The notes: generated from the letters alone by a model not told the origin. A stretch of DNA of 64,000 bases from Octopus vulgaris (GCA_951406725.2 OX597822.1:26474001-26538000); one strand, 5' to 3'. Shown: positions 25,819 to 38,887, numbered from the stretch's first letter. Made by a program: numbers and translations.

Positions 25819-26963
25819 TGATTGATTGATTGATTCTAGTTTCAGCTCACGAGCTGTGGCCATGCTGGGGCACCGCCATTTGGTGTTGCTACATGGTTTT
25901 ACTTCACGAATGCTTTTTAGCAACTGCCATTTGGCGCATGAGAGAGTTCGATGCAGCTGCCCTCATCTGCACCTCCTGCCGTGAAGTTGGTTCATCTGGG
26001 ATACCTGACAAGAAGAGATCCAGTTTCATTTTAAAGACATCTACATCCACCCCATGCAGGTCTCTTAGGTTCTTCGGGAGGATATTGAAGAGCTGTGGGC
26101 CTCTGAAGCCCAGGCTATCACAGTATCTTGTCCTACATCTTGATGGCAAATTTGGAGTCCACGGCACCACGCAGTGGCGCCCAGTTCTGGCATTTGTGTA
26201 ACTCTCGATGCCAAAGTTTGGGACAAGTCCTTCAAGGATCTTCCAGATGTATATTATGGCATATCTTTCTCGCCTACGCTCCAAGGAATAGAGTTTTAAT
26301 CTCTTGAGTCCTTCCCAGTAGCTTATATGCTGCACAGAGGCTATCTTCTTCGTGTAGCTACGTTGGATCGCCTCAAGTTCTGTAATCAGCTTGACACTGG
26401 ATGGTGACCATAGCTGAGAGCAATAGTCAAAGTGGCTTAGGACAAGTGTCCTCCAGAGGACCATCATGGTTTCTTGTTCTCTTGTTCTAAAGGTTCTAAG
26501 AATCCATCCGGCCAGTCGTCTACATTTCATTGCCAATTTAGCAACATATACACGAAAGGTTGCGTCATCATTCATGTAAATACCCAGGTCACGCACTGAT
26601 TGTGCCTCTGGGATTGCAATTCCTCCGGGTCCAGTGTATTCATTGGGTATTGCATTTAGTTTTGCATGCTGATAGCATAAAGCTTGAAACTTTTCAGCAT
26701 TGAACTGCATGCTATTCTTTTCAGCCCACTTGTATATTTCGTCCAGCTCACATTGCAGGCGTTTAGTGGCCTCAGGGTTCTGTATTGCCTGTGAAACTTT
26801 TGTATCATCTGCATAACTTGTGATCGTGGCTCTCTGCGTGGCTGAAGGCATGTCTGAGAGGGCCATTATGAACAGTAGTGGTCCCAAAACAGTGCCCTGC
26901 GGAACACCGCTCACTATTTGCGTGTTAATGGAAGTGGCTACTACCACCTGACTTCTATCTTTC
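25819..26963 (-). mobile_element. 5'-truncated CR1-group LINE (RT C-terminal half, 3' UTR, (ATCA)n tail)
   Basis: Open frame to the stop at 25904 with SGVPQGTVLGPLLF, YADDTK, RDLGI and SLERRRER; both ends lie in (TA)n. Confidence 0.92.
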
Positions 26964-27023
<60 letters not shown>

Positions 27024-27026
<3 letters not shown>

Positions 27027-27235
27027 ATCCAAACATGAAAACACAAAGAGAAAACACAACAACGCGAGGACGTGGAACAAATATAGTATTATTGGACGCT
27101 CAGGAAGGAAGGGAAGAAGGAGGATTTTACGTTTCGAGCGGAGCTCTTCGTCAGAAACATAGGAAAAGGAAAGATCCAGAGAAGGGAAGACGGAGGGAAA
27201 AAATCGCCTACGGTACATACGCGGTCACATTTTGA
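27024..27235 (-). mobile_element. Short Penelope-like element with intact minimal hammerhead core
   Basis: Reverse strand TTTCTGACGAAGAGCTCCGCTCGAAACGTAAAA at about 27125-27157. Confidence 0.6.
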
Positions 27236-27258
27236 ATGGCCGGAAGGAAATGGGTGAA

Positions 27259-27306
<48 letters not shown>

Positions 27307-27686
27307 TATTATAAAAGGCAGATTTTATCTGCCTCCCTTTGTCACTTATAGAAATCTACAATATAGGATTTCTTCAATTACAATTTACCTAGCATTTTTA
27401 AGAGTAGAATGCATCGGGTTTTGCCAGGTCCACTTTTTAAAATTTCAACCCCAATTAAGCAAAATTTACAGAAAACTCACATTCTGGTGTATGAGTCAAA
27501 TGCTTCTCTTAGTGTGGTTTACACCACACGCAAACGCACACACACAGTGTGCAACGAATAAAATGAAAGTAATTCACTTTCTGTAGTGAGTGACTCTTTC
27601 ACTCTGCCTCCCACTTCCTCTTTACACACATAGACACTTCCTCTTTACACACATATATAAATAAAATTGTCAGCTAACGTGCGTGT

Positions 27687-27743
<57 letters not shown>

Positions 27744-27790
27744 AGGGTGCGTGTGTGTGTGTGTGTGCGTGTGCGTGAGTGTGTGACAGG

Positions 27791-29572
27791 AAAGTTTTTA
27801 GGACGAATATAAGACCTATATCCAAGTAGCAGAAAAATCGCCCAAAAGTGTATATAGATATTTAAATGTATTTATATATTCATCTATACACCGATGTATG
27901 TATAATGTGTGTGTATATATTTCCATACAGGTAACCTTTCACTCCATACAAAGTTTTTTAGGACGAATATAAGACCTATATCCAAGTAGCAGAAAGATCG
28001 CCCAAAAGTGTATATAGATATTTAAATGTATTTATATATTCATCTATACACAGATGTATGTATAATGTGTGTGTATATATTTCCATAGAGGTAACCTTTC
28101 ACTCCATACAAAGTTTTTTAGGACGAATATAAGACCTATATCCAAGTAGCAGAAAGATCGCCCAAAAGTGTATATAGATATTTAAATGTATTTATATATT
28201 CATCTATACACAGATGTATGTATAATGTGTGTGTATATATTTCCATAGAGGTAACCTTTCACTCCATACAAAGTGTTTTAGGACGAATATAAGACCTATA
28301 TCCAAGTAGCAGAAAGATCGCCCAAAAGTGTATATAGATATTTAAATGTATTTATATATTCATCTATACACAGATGTATGTATAATGTGTGTGTATATAT
28401 TTCCATAGAGGTAACCTTTCACTCCATACAAAGTGTTTTAGGACGAATATAAGACCTATATCCAAGTAGCAGAAAGATCGCCCAAAAGTGTATATAGATA
28501 TTTAAATGTATTTATATATTCATCTATACACAGATGTATGTATAATGTGTGTGTATATATTTCCATAGAGGTAACCTTTCACTCCATACAAAGTATTTTA
28601 GGACGAATATAAGACCTATATCCAAGTAGCAGAAAGATCGCCCAAAAGTGTATATAGATATTTAAATGTATTTATATATTCATCTATACACAGATGTATG
28701 TATAATGTGTGTGTATATATTTCCATACAGGTAACCTTTCACTCCATACAAAGTTTTTAGGACGAATATAAGACCTATATCCAAGTAGCAGAAAGATCGC
28801 CCGAAAGTGTATATAGATATTTAAATGTATTTATATATTCATCTATACACAGATGTATGTATAATGTGTGTGTATATATTTCCATAGAGGTAACCTTTCA
28901 CTCCATACAAAGTGTTTTAGGACGAATATAAGACCTATATCCAAGTAGCAGAAAGATCGCCCAAAAGTGTATATAGATATTTAAATGTATTTATATATTC
29001 ATCTATACACAGATGTATGTATAATGTGTGTGTATATATTTCCATAGAGGTAACCTTTCACTCAATACAAAGTGTTTTAGGACGAATATAAGACCTATAT
29101 CCAAGTAGCAGAAAGATCGCCCAAAAGTGTATATAGATATTTAAATGTATTTATATATTCATCTATACACAGATGTATGTATAATGTGTGTGTATATATT
29201 TCCATAGAGGTAACCTTTCACTCCATACAAAGTGTTTTAGGACGAATATAAGACCTATATCCCAGTAGCAGAAAGATCGCCCAAAAGTGTATATAGATAT
29301 TTAAATGTATTTATATATTCATCTATACACAGATGTATGTATAATGTGTGTGTATATATTTCCATAGAGGTAACCTTTCACTCCGCACAAAGTTTTTAGG
29401 ACGAAAATAAGATCTAAAGTTATCTCTAAGTAGCACAAAGATCGCCCAAAAGTGTATATAGATATTTAAATGTATTTATATATTCATCTATACACAGATG
29501 TATGTATAATGTGTGTGTATATATTTCCATAGAGGTAACCATTCAATCCATACAAAGTTTTTTAGGACGAAA
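27791..29572. repeat. 160-bp tandem repeat, about 11 near-identical units
   Basis: GGACGAA recurs at 27801, 27961, 28121, 28281, 28441, 28601 and about 28760, 28920, 29080, 29240, 29399, 29564. Confidence 0.97.
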
Positions 29573-29807
29573 ATATTTATATATAAAAGAAAGGTTGTGT
29601 GTCTGTCTACTCCGATTTAGATTCCTAACTACTCCCACATTTTGCGATGCAGTTTAGCCAAAACCGGGTATCTTATAGTCGTGATTCATATCGAGCCCTT
29701 CTGTGTATTAGCGCGCGTCTACGATGAGTCTATGATTTTACAAATAATTTACCATCATTTTTTTCCATTTTAATGCATATTTTTTTAATAAAGGGAAGTA
29801 ACTCTCA

Positions 29808-30320
29808 AACTTCACACCAATATGCGTGCTCATATGCGACGTAATATCACATCAGCAGCATTTCCTCACACCCTCCTTGCACTTGGCGAAGGCAAAATAC
29901 CAGGGGATGAAAATGGTAATATTGCCATCGATTCCATTTGTACCATTGTTAAGACGCCTTCTGATCTCAGAGATGCAGTGTTCCCAGATCTACAAGCTAA
30001 TTATCAGAATATGGATTGGATTGGCAAAAAGGCTATACTGGCCCCGAGGAATAAAACTGTTCACCATATTAATGATGAAATGCTAAAAACTCATTCCTGG
30101 GGAAGTCTATGTATATCAGTCTATCGATACAATTCCTGACCCAGAGGACATCATCAACTATCCAATAGAGGTACTCAATTCCTTTGAGCATCCCGGACTA
30201 CCACCACACTTTCTCAAACTTAAAGTTGGTGCCCCTATAATGCTCATCAGAAATTTGGTTCCCCCAAAACAATGCAATGGCACACGTTTGATCGTTAAGT
30301 CCTTATCTCCCACCGTAAAC
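29808..30320 (+). pseudogene. Helitron RepHel Pif1-family helicase fragment
   Basis: NMRA, LLALGEG, AILAPRN and, after a frameshift, GLPPHFLKLKVGAPIMLIRNL...CNGTRL. Confidence 0.9.
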
Positions 30321-30419
30321 TTATATCAATATTTGCCTGAATAATCATCATAATTCAGTGCAATCATTAACAGTACTTTCAAGCAATTCAGCCCCGAGCA
30401 ACGCCGGGCAATTCTGCTA

Positions 30420-30510
<91 letters not shown>

Positions 30511-30585
30511 TACATATGTATACATATATATATACATATATATATATATATACACACACACATATATATATATACATATACATAA

Positions 30586-30633
<48 letters not shown>

Positions 30634-30652
30634 TTATGTATATGTATACATA

Positions 30653-30747
<95 letters not shown>

Positions 30748-30749
<2 letters not shown>

Positions 30750-32032
30750 GAAGAGGTCTATATAAAATGTAGGACAACAGGAAAACTGTCCAATTTTAAA
30801 AGGCTCTGTGCCAAAACGAAGGTTCTGCATTCTCACCTTGTTGAGTTTCTGTATGCAGATGATTGTGATTTGTTGGCACATTCTCAGAAAGATATGCATC
30901 ATATGGCGAATGCGATTTCTGCAGCATGTGCAGCATTGGGTCTAACAATCAATCTAAAAAAACTGTTATAATGACCAGCCCGCTCCCCCCAAGATGTATG
31001 TAGAACCTTTTATAACCGTGAACGGTCAAAGCTTGAGCACTGCTGGTCTTGATGATGAAATTTCATACAAAATCAGCAGGGCTAGTAGTGCTTTTGGTAG
31101 GCTTGATAGGCGTCTGTGGAAACAACATGATATATCTTCACAAATTAAATTTAAGGTATATAACACATGCGTCCTCACATCTTTGTAATATGGAAGTGAG
31201 GCAGGGGTTGTTTACCGTAGGCACGTGAGGCAATTGGGACGATTTCTCAATACTGTTTGAGAAAAATTTGGGGGGTTAAACTGGAAAATGGCCATTAGTA
31301 ATTAGGAGGTGCTTGAGAGGAGTGACAGTAGAAGTATAGAGTCAATGATTTTGCAAAGACGTTTGAGGTGGGGGGGACATTTGGTAAGGATGAGTGATGA
31401 GCGACTGCCCAAGCAACTATTGTAGGGTGAGCTGGAAAATGGCAGGAGACCGGCGCATAAGCCTAATCTAAGGTTTAAGGATTGCTTTAAAAATGCTCTA
31501 ATAGAGACAGGAATTGCAGCTGGTAATTAGTAGATGGGAGGCACAAGACCGTGATAAATGGAGGAAGATAGTGCATGATGGTTGTTCAAAGTTTGAGAGG
31601 GAGAGAGTGAAGTATGACAGAATTAGGAAGGGGCTTAGAAGGGGGGAGGGAACCTCTGGAGAGTGAGAGAGTGTTGCTTTTTTGTGTGTGGTTTGAGGTC
31701 GGAGGTGCTTGAGTCGTGCAGGCTTGGTGAGCCATCAAAATTCTCATAGAAATCGACCCATGATAAAAAATGATGTAGCTATTAAAATTCATAACAGAAC
31801 GTGTGTAAAATGTGCCTTTCAGTTGAAGGTCTAAAAAGACATGTTAAGAGAGTGCTTATGGTGGCACCTGTTTCTCCTGCCAGCCAGCATAATTGTCTAG
31901 TACATAATAAAATGTGCAAAAGCTTGGCCGGGCTTAAAAGCCATATAAGGGCATCACATGGCAACAATCATGAATCACTTCAGTAAGTCCTCTTGGCAAT
32001 GGCATTTCTCGTGTAACGAGGATGCAGCTGTC
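30748..32032 (+). mobile_element. 5'-truncated RTE (BovB-like) LINE, decayed
   Basis: [35 protein letters not shown] and RLPKQLL, then C-terminal zinc-finger motifs; both flanks are (TA)n. Confidence 0.9.
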
Positions 32033-32042
32033 ATATATATAC

Positions 32043-32094
<52 letters not shown>

Positions 32095-32183
32095 ACTTTT
32101 TCACTTCCCGAGCGTTATACTAATACATCTGTTTGTTGTCTACACCACCTGTCTTTGTTTTTTGGGTTTTTTTTGTGAAATCT

Positions 32184-32187
<4 letters not shown>

Positions 32188-32270
<83 letters not shown>

Positions 32271-32279
32271 CATATATAC

Positions 32280-32326
<47 letters not shown>

Positions 32327-32339
32327 TATATATATATAC

Positions 32340-32417
<78 letters not shown>

Positions 32418-32512
32418 TATACATATATACATATATATATATATACATATATATATATACACATATACATATATATACATATATACATATACATATATAT
32501 ACATATATATAC

Positions 32513-32545
<33 letters not shown>

Positions 32546-32570
32546 TGTATGTATGTATGTATGTATGTAT
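32188..32570. repeat. (TA)n/(TACA)n/(TATG)n compound microsatellite
   Basis: Direct inspection. Confidence 0.95.
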
Positions 32571-32924
32571 AGCAAGAACAGATTTCCTTCCAGGCATATA
32601 TTAAAATCTCCTTTTATGAAAGATTGTATCCGTCCTTATTTGTTTTTTATGTGTCAACGTAAGTGCTTTAAAAACCGAAGACATTCTCCACTTCATCAGA
32701 TTTGCTCGGATTGACAAAAACAAACTGAAGATACATGAATTTGTTTCCTAGTTTCCTTTTGTAAAAGCACGGAGTGATATTTGATGTTACATAAAATTCA
32801 AGGTGAAAATAATAAAGGATTAAAAAGGATTTCCAAATCAGTTGTATATAGCGATATAAGAGCAGAGCAATTATCAAAAAATTAAAGAAAAGATAGATAA
32901 ATAAAATTAAAGGTCCTTTCCAAG

Positions 32925-33109
32925 CCATAGGCTCATAAGGTCGGTTTGACGGATTCTGTGACGTATATTCCACTCTTCCTCCACTCTTGTAGTCAGTTGC
33001 AGGATTACTCATTTTCGCCAGCTAACTGAACTGGTGCAACGTGAAGAACACAATGCATCCCCCAGTTCAAGAATCGAAACCTCGAGCTTACGCGCACGAG
33101 TGCAACACC

Positions 33110-33112
<3 letters not shown>
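32925..33112 (-). mobile_element. Degenerate tRNA SINE, same type as 39720-39950
   Basis: GCAGGATTACTCATTTT.GCCAGCT and GAATCGAAACC shared with that copy. Confidence 0.6.
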
Positions 33113-33189
<77 letters not shown>

Positions 33190-33876
33190 ATGTTGTCATG
33201 TGTAAAAGGCCAAAATAGAAAAATATGTTTTGTTGTTGGCCCGTGTTTTACGTTTTGGTTTTGCCTTGTCACATGTTTTAAAAAGGTGTTTTTTATTGAT
33301 ATATTCACTAGTGTGTTGCTATTTCGTAGTATTTCGGATGCGTATTATATCATAATGAATAGACACGTTTGTAATTGCATATTTTTACTGTAAAATCTAT
33401 TGAACAAAAGATCAATTGGATATAAACTTCTAATAACTGTTGGTTGAGAATGTATCGAGATTAGAATAGAGCCTTATACTTACGGTACACTTATATTTTT
33501 TTCAAAATTCGGTGGCACACCTGAACTAGAAATATAACTAAAAGTATAGGGAAAAAAAATTATATTCAGGTTACACTGCGGCACACGCAGCATCGTCTCG
33601 TGGCACACCAGTATGCCGCGGCATAAGATATAGTAATGAGAAATTAGATACGAGATGCCGGGAAGAATTGATTGCAAATGTGAAGAAGAATTCCCTTTCA
33701 TTCAGCAAAGGAAAGACTTGGGATTGTTGGCGAGAGATGAGATGTCTGTTTTCTGCAGACACTCATCTTCTCTCTGCCTTTGTTCTGGCTTGCATGGCAA
33801 GGGGTTAGGTATGTGTTCTCCGCATCTCTCCCAAACCTCTGCGTAGATTCTTGACAGGCATTTGCCTAAATACCAA

Positions 33877-34274
33877 TCTTTATATATAAAAGAGAAGTTG
33901 TGCGTCTGTCTCCTACGATTTAGATTCCTAACTACTCCCACATTTTGCGGTGCAGTTTAACCAAAAGCGGGTATCTTATAGTCGTGATTCATATCGAGCC
34001 CTTCTGGGTATTAGCGCGCGTCTACGATGAGTCTACGATTTAAAAAAAAATTTGCCATCATTTTTTTCCATTTTAATGCATTTTTTCGCTATTATATAAG
34101 GGAAGTAACTCTCTAAAAATGTCTACGATGAGTCAACGATTTAAAAAAAAATTTACCATAATTTTTTTTCCATTTTTAATACATTTTTTGGCTATTTTTT
34201 GGCTATAACTCTCTAAAAATGCTTATATAGTTATTTCCCTTACAAACCCGAGCAACGCCGGGCGATACTGCTAG
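33877..34274 (+). mobile_element. Non-autonomous Helitron (about 398 bp)
   Basis: Begins TCTTTATATATAAAAG after an A and ends CCCGAGCAACGCCGGGCGATACTGCTAG before a T. Confidence 0.92.
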
Positions 34275-35589
34275 TATATATATATATATATTTATTTAAA
34301 TTTAAGCTATTGGCTACTTGGTTTTTTTTTCCTTAACTTTAAAAAAAAGATCTGATACGTTTAAACTGTAATCTTGCTTATCTGTAAAATGGACAGTGAA
34401 AATATGCAAAATTACTCCTATATTTTATCATGCTTGTAATCTTGAAAAAATTCGGTTTTCCAGACAAAGGCAACAATGAAAATATGTAAAATATTTCTAC
34501 ATTACTTTACATATTTTTTTTATGATGTTGCCAAATCTCAGACTTATTTCTAATTCTGTGACAGACTTCCGTTCAGAATAAATTTCCAAGAATATAAACA
34601 AAAAATACATATGTGTTCTTAAGAGTTTTTCTACTGAAATCTAACATTTCAACAGTGAGACAAGTACGAACATACATACACAATACACACACACACACAC
34701 ATGTATGTATGTATGTATGTATGTATGTATGTATGTATGTATGTATGTATGTATATGTGCGTGTGTGTATGTGTGTATGCATGTGGTGTATGAAGATATA
34801 TACACATAATACATAGGTACGTGCGTGAATAGATGCGCACGCACAACCACCACCCTCTTTATTTGCAACAGAGGCAGTATTAGATTAGAATAGCCATCAA
34901 TGTATCATATGAAATGTAAATACATCGTCGAAAACCAAACTGACTGCGGTATTCATCCAAAGGAAATATATATTATGGATATGCTGTGTTTAAAAATACT
35001 ATATATTGAAAGGAGTCGAAAATCGCCCAGCAGTAGCAGCATCTAGGGAGAGCGCTAGATGCATTGCTGCCTCGTTGGACGGGTATGTATAATCAGTGGC
35101 ATGCTTAGACAAAATTTACGGTGTAAAGTTATAAACTAAATTTGACAAATGTTTTGCATATTTTCACTTTTCCTCTTATAGATTTAATTTTGCAAAATAG
35201 GCATTAGATGGTCTCTTTCTTTGCCTCAAATACTCTAGCTCTAAAGATTCTTAGATATTTAGAAGCATAACCAAGTACATTAAAATATAATAAGTAAAAT
35301 ATGTAGGTTTGCATGTATGTATATATGTAGGTATATATGCTTCCATATGTTAATGTGCTTGTACGTTTGTATGCATGCACTCATACATGTACGTATGTTC
35401 TATTAAAAAGAATAAAATGTTTGAATCGAGACTGTTCTTTGCAGTCGAATTTTTTTCCCTTCCAATATTTCCATAATGCCTGAAGAAAAGGCTGATGATT
35501 TTGGTTTAAATAATATACTGATTGCGAATAAGTTGCTATGTTATTTAAACATTGTAGCATGTACTGCACTGCCATTGTACTGAACTGCT

Positions 35590-36810
35590 ATTAGTAAAGG
35601 CATTGCGATCGACGTGATAGCGGCGGTAATGATTCTTGACCATTTCTTTGAGGCGAAACACGGAGGGTGCGATGTTATAGTTAAGGCCCGTGCGCTAAAT
35701 CACGAAGGGACTAAGGCCGTCCGATGGGCCTGAACGGTAGAGAGGCGATGTGGAAACAAAACCACGATCAATTCTTTGACGGTTCAGGACGGACGTGTAC
35801 TAGTCGGTTTTGTGCAGATGTGTGCGGCTTTCCAGCAGCACTTTGGGCGGCTATTTGAAGAGGGTGATGGGTCAACGACTGTAGTGATCTATACCTCGTA
35901 TCTAGACGACCTACAACGGCTCTCAGTGACGGACGCGAGATTCTGCGAAAAGCCGATTACAGCCTCTGAAATACGGGAGGCGATGAGCGATTGCACAAGT
36001 CGCAAATCGCCTGGTTTGGATGGTCTGCCCTACAAATTCTATGTTTTCATGCTAGATTTTGTTGGCAGCTTCTTGGCAGGTGTCTTGGCAGAGAGGAAGT
36101 TATCTCTGAAAGGTCGGACAGAGGTGGCGAATGCCTACATTGCCTCTGCTATTATTTCTGACCGTCGTGCCATGGAAAGGACGCGTTCCAATAGTCGAGC
36201 AGTCGGTCTGCTGCTAGCTTCCTTTGCGTGGAGGCTTAGACATGCAATGGCTTTTAATGCGCAGACACGCACTCAAGTTACGTCACCTGCAGCGATTTCT
36301 AGGTGAACGTATGGAGGCTCCGTTTGTGAAATACGCCTTTCCGCAGCTCGTCTCCTTGACGGAGCTGCAGTCCTGGGTAAAAGATAGGCTGAGATTGGAG
36401 CACCTGGCACTTAGAATGTCGTCAGACGTTCACTGTCCTCTATAAGTCGAGCAATAGGATCGGTGGATGTTCCACTTTAGCTATTTACAGAGGATTAGTA
36501 GCGGGGAAGTGCGACAGCGTCCTCGGGGTGATCCTAGGCGTCGACGAAGACGAACTAGCAAGTCTATTTCTTATACAGAAGAACCTCTAGGGATAATCAA
36601 GGAACCCCACTATTCAAGCTCACCCTCAATACCAAGGACGAGGTCTTTCTCCAACATTTTTCTCCTTCCCCTCTTTTTCTAGTATCATATTCTAATGTAT
36701 ATCGTGTATACTTTTAATTTTACCATTTCATTATATGTAAACCCGCACACTTTATGTTTGTCTTGGTATTGTCCCTCTCATCCTTCGCCCTGGTGGCAAA
36801 TAAAAGAAAT
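35590..36810 (+). mobile_element. L1/Tx1-type LINE remnant with internal deletion of the RT core
   Basis: PITASEIREAM and KSPGLDGLPYKFY are joined almost directly to ERKLSLKGRTEVAN; 3' end GCCCTGGTGGCAAATAAAAGAAAT followed by (CAT)n. Confidence 0.8.
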
Positions 36811-36896
36811 CCTCCTCCTCATCATCATCATCATCATCCTCATCCTCATCCTCATCATCATCTTCATCCTCCTCCTCCTCCTCCTCCTCCTCCTCC

Positions 36897-36957
<61 letters not shown>

Positions 36958-36978
36958 TATTATTATTATTATTATTAT
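36811..36978. repeat. (CCT/CAT/TAT)n microsatellite
   Basis: Direct inspection. Confidence 0.95.
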
Positions 36979-37442
36979 TACAGCATTTAGCAAAAATCTT
37001 ACGAGGAATGATGATTCATCAATATTCTTTGTATCAAAGCGCGTGCATGTACACGACACTAGAAGTTATTCTCTTTCTCTCTCTTTTTTCATTCAGGACA
37101 AACCCTTTTACGGATAATATTGCTCATTGATTTAGCAATAACGCTCTGCTACAATAAGAAAGTAATTATCGTTACGACAATTCGGGGCAGCTGCCGATCA
37201 CGCTTAATGTTTTCAACTGATTTGTTTCATAATCGACATTTTTGGTCTCATCTGTTGGGTCTTAACAGTATTTTGTTGTCCCTTTCCCTCAGATTGCAAA
37301 AGCATGAATGCCATGTGCTGCAACGGTATCGTGTTCAACAGGGATTGTTATTGCTTTTGTTGTTGTAGTTGTTAAGTCTCAGACCAGTCAAGATTAATCA
37401 AACCGATAATCAAAGGCAATCCAGCCCATCCCATCCTTTATA

Positions 37443-37483
<41 letters not shown>

Positions 37484-37484
<1 letters not shown>

Positions 37485-37860
37485 TAGCAGTATTGCCCGG
37501 CGTTGCTTGTTTCGACCCTTTACAATTGGAATTTTTGAAAAGTAAACATTTTGCATTATGTAGCTTGTTATTCTCTTTAAGTGAACATTTTTCTGGTTGA
37601 AATACACTGAAAAATGGCGACATAGCAGTCAAAATATCGTAAAAAATAGGGATTTTCATAGAAAAAAGCACCTTTTTGATGTAAATAATTTTTGGTCTTA
37701 ACATGGTCCGATTTGAATTTTATCTTCTACGGAATGAAGAGCAAGCCTTCTTCTATCATACTCTCAATTTTAGTCAACTTGCGCCGCAGGGTCTCGGAGG
37801 AGATAGTGTTAGTTGAAGGCTACCAAACCTGCCACACACAGACAACTTCAGCTTTATATA
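37484..37860 (-). mobile_element. Non-autonomous Helitron, second family
   Basis: CTAGCAGTATTGCCCGGCGTTGCT is the reverse of the shared Helitron 3' end; the body differs from the 33877 family. Confidence 0.8.
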
Positions 37861-37903
37861 CATACATACATACATACATACATACATACATACATACACA
37901 CAT

Positions 37904-37970
<67 letters not shown>

Positions 37971-38004
37971 TATATACATGTATGTGTATATGTATATGCA
38001 TGTA

Positions 38005-38047
<43 letters not shown>

Positions 38048-38169
38048 CGTATTATCCGGTTTGTCTTTTCTGCTTTTAAGGTGTAGTGTGTGCTTTAATA
38101 GTGATTTAGCTTCTATTTCTAGCGGGTTGAGTGATCACGCACAGACTCTCCCGCTTGCTCGTGCAAGCA

Positions 38170-38600
38170 AAGTTGTATTCACAGTCGATATTCGTATAGT
38201 TCTCAAGTTTCCAAGAAACATGTCCATTCATAACCTTATGCTGGTAGGTAGATTATTTCTTTGAGTATTTGTTAAGGTCAATATGTTCGGCAGTTCATAG
38301 AATCGCTTGAAACATATTCCGAGAAACTGAATCTACTACGAAGTTTGCCCTCTCTTTGGACAAAGATCTCCACACTTTTCAGCAGTCGGTCGATGTATTT
38401 ATTTTTTGCTGTTGTCGTGCAGTATGTAAAGTGTGAGTGATGTCATGTGACACTCAGAGGATATATGGACTGATCATAAACCTCTTACTCCTCCTTTTCT
38501 TCTGAGATAAAGTCTGACAATATCACTTTTCTGTGGAAGCTTCCACTTGAGAGCTTCAATAAAGAAACGGATTTCCTTTACAGGCCAGTCAAGTATCTAG
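38170..38600 (-). mobile_element. R4/Dong-like LINE internal fragment
   Basis: Reverse strand GSFHRKSDIVRLYLRRKGGVRGL resembles the post-RT H..SD.DRLY..RK.GGRGL motif. Confidence 0.6.
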
Positions 38601-38626
38601 AATGTTAATATCAGTACTTGCATTGA

Positions 38627-38708
<82 letters not shown>

Positions 38709-38887
38709 CATATGTATACACACACACAAACACATATTTCATTGCAAAAGGAAATATCCAAGCCATATTAAGTACATTAATTCATGTAAGATCGTTTGGT
38801 TATTCTAACTTTGCTCATTGTAACTTCATATGGTGCATTTTCGATAATACCGAAGTACTTTTAAGACTCATAATTTGGAAGAAAAAA

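Larger units (their letters stand above)
27304..30420 (+). mobile_element. Non-autonomous chimeric Helitron (3.1 kb)
   Basis: 5' TCTTATTATAAAAG; 3' hairpin CCCGAGCAACGCCGGG then CTAG; inserted between A and T in (TA)n; contains a tandem array and a helicase fragment. Confidence 0.85.

Noticed and set aside
27921-27936. CAG-GTAA recursive-splice-like motif in the 160-bp unit
   Set aside because: Only two units have CAG (the others have GAG), the pyrimidine tract is weak and there is no host gene evidence
27791-29572. CRISPR-like array
   Set aside because: Units are contiguous and near-identical with no unique spacers, there are no cas genes, and the context is eukaryotic
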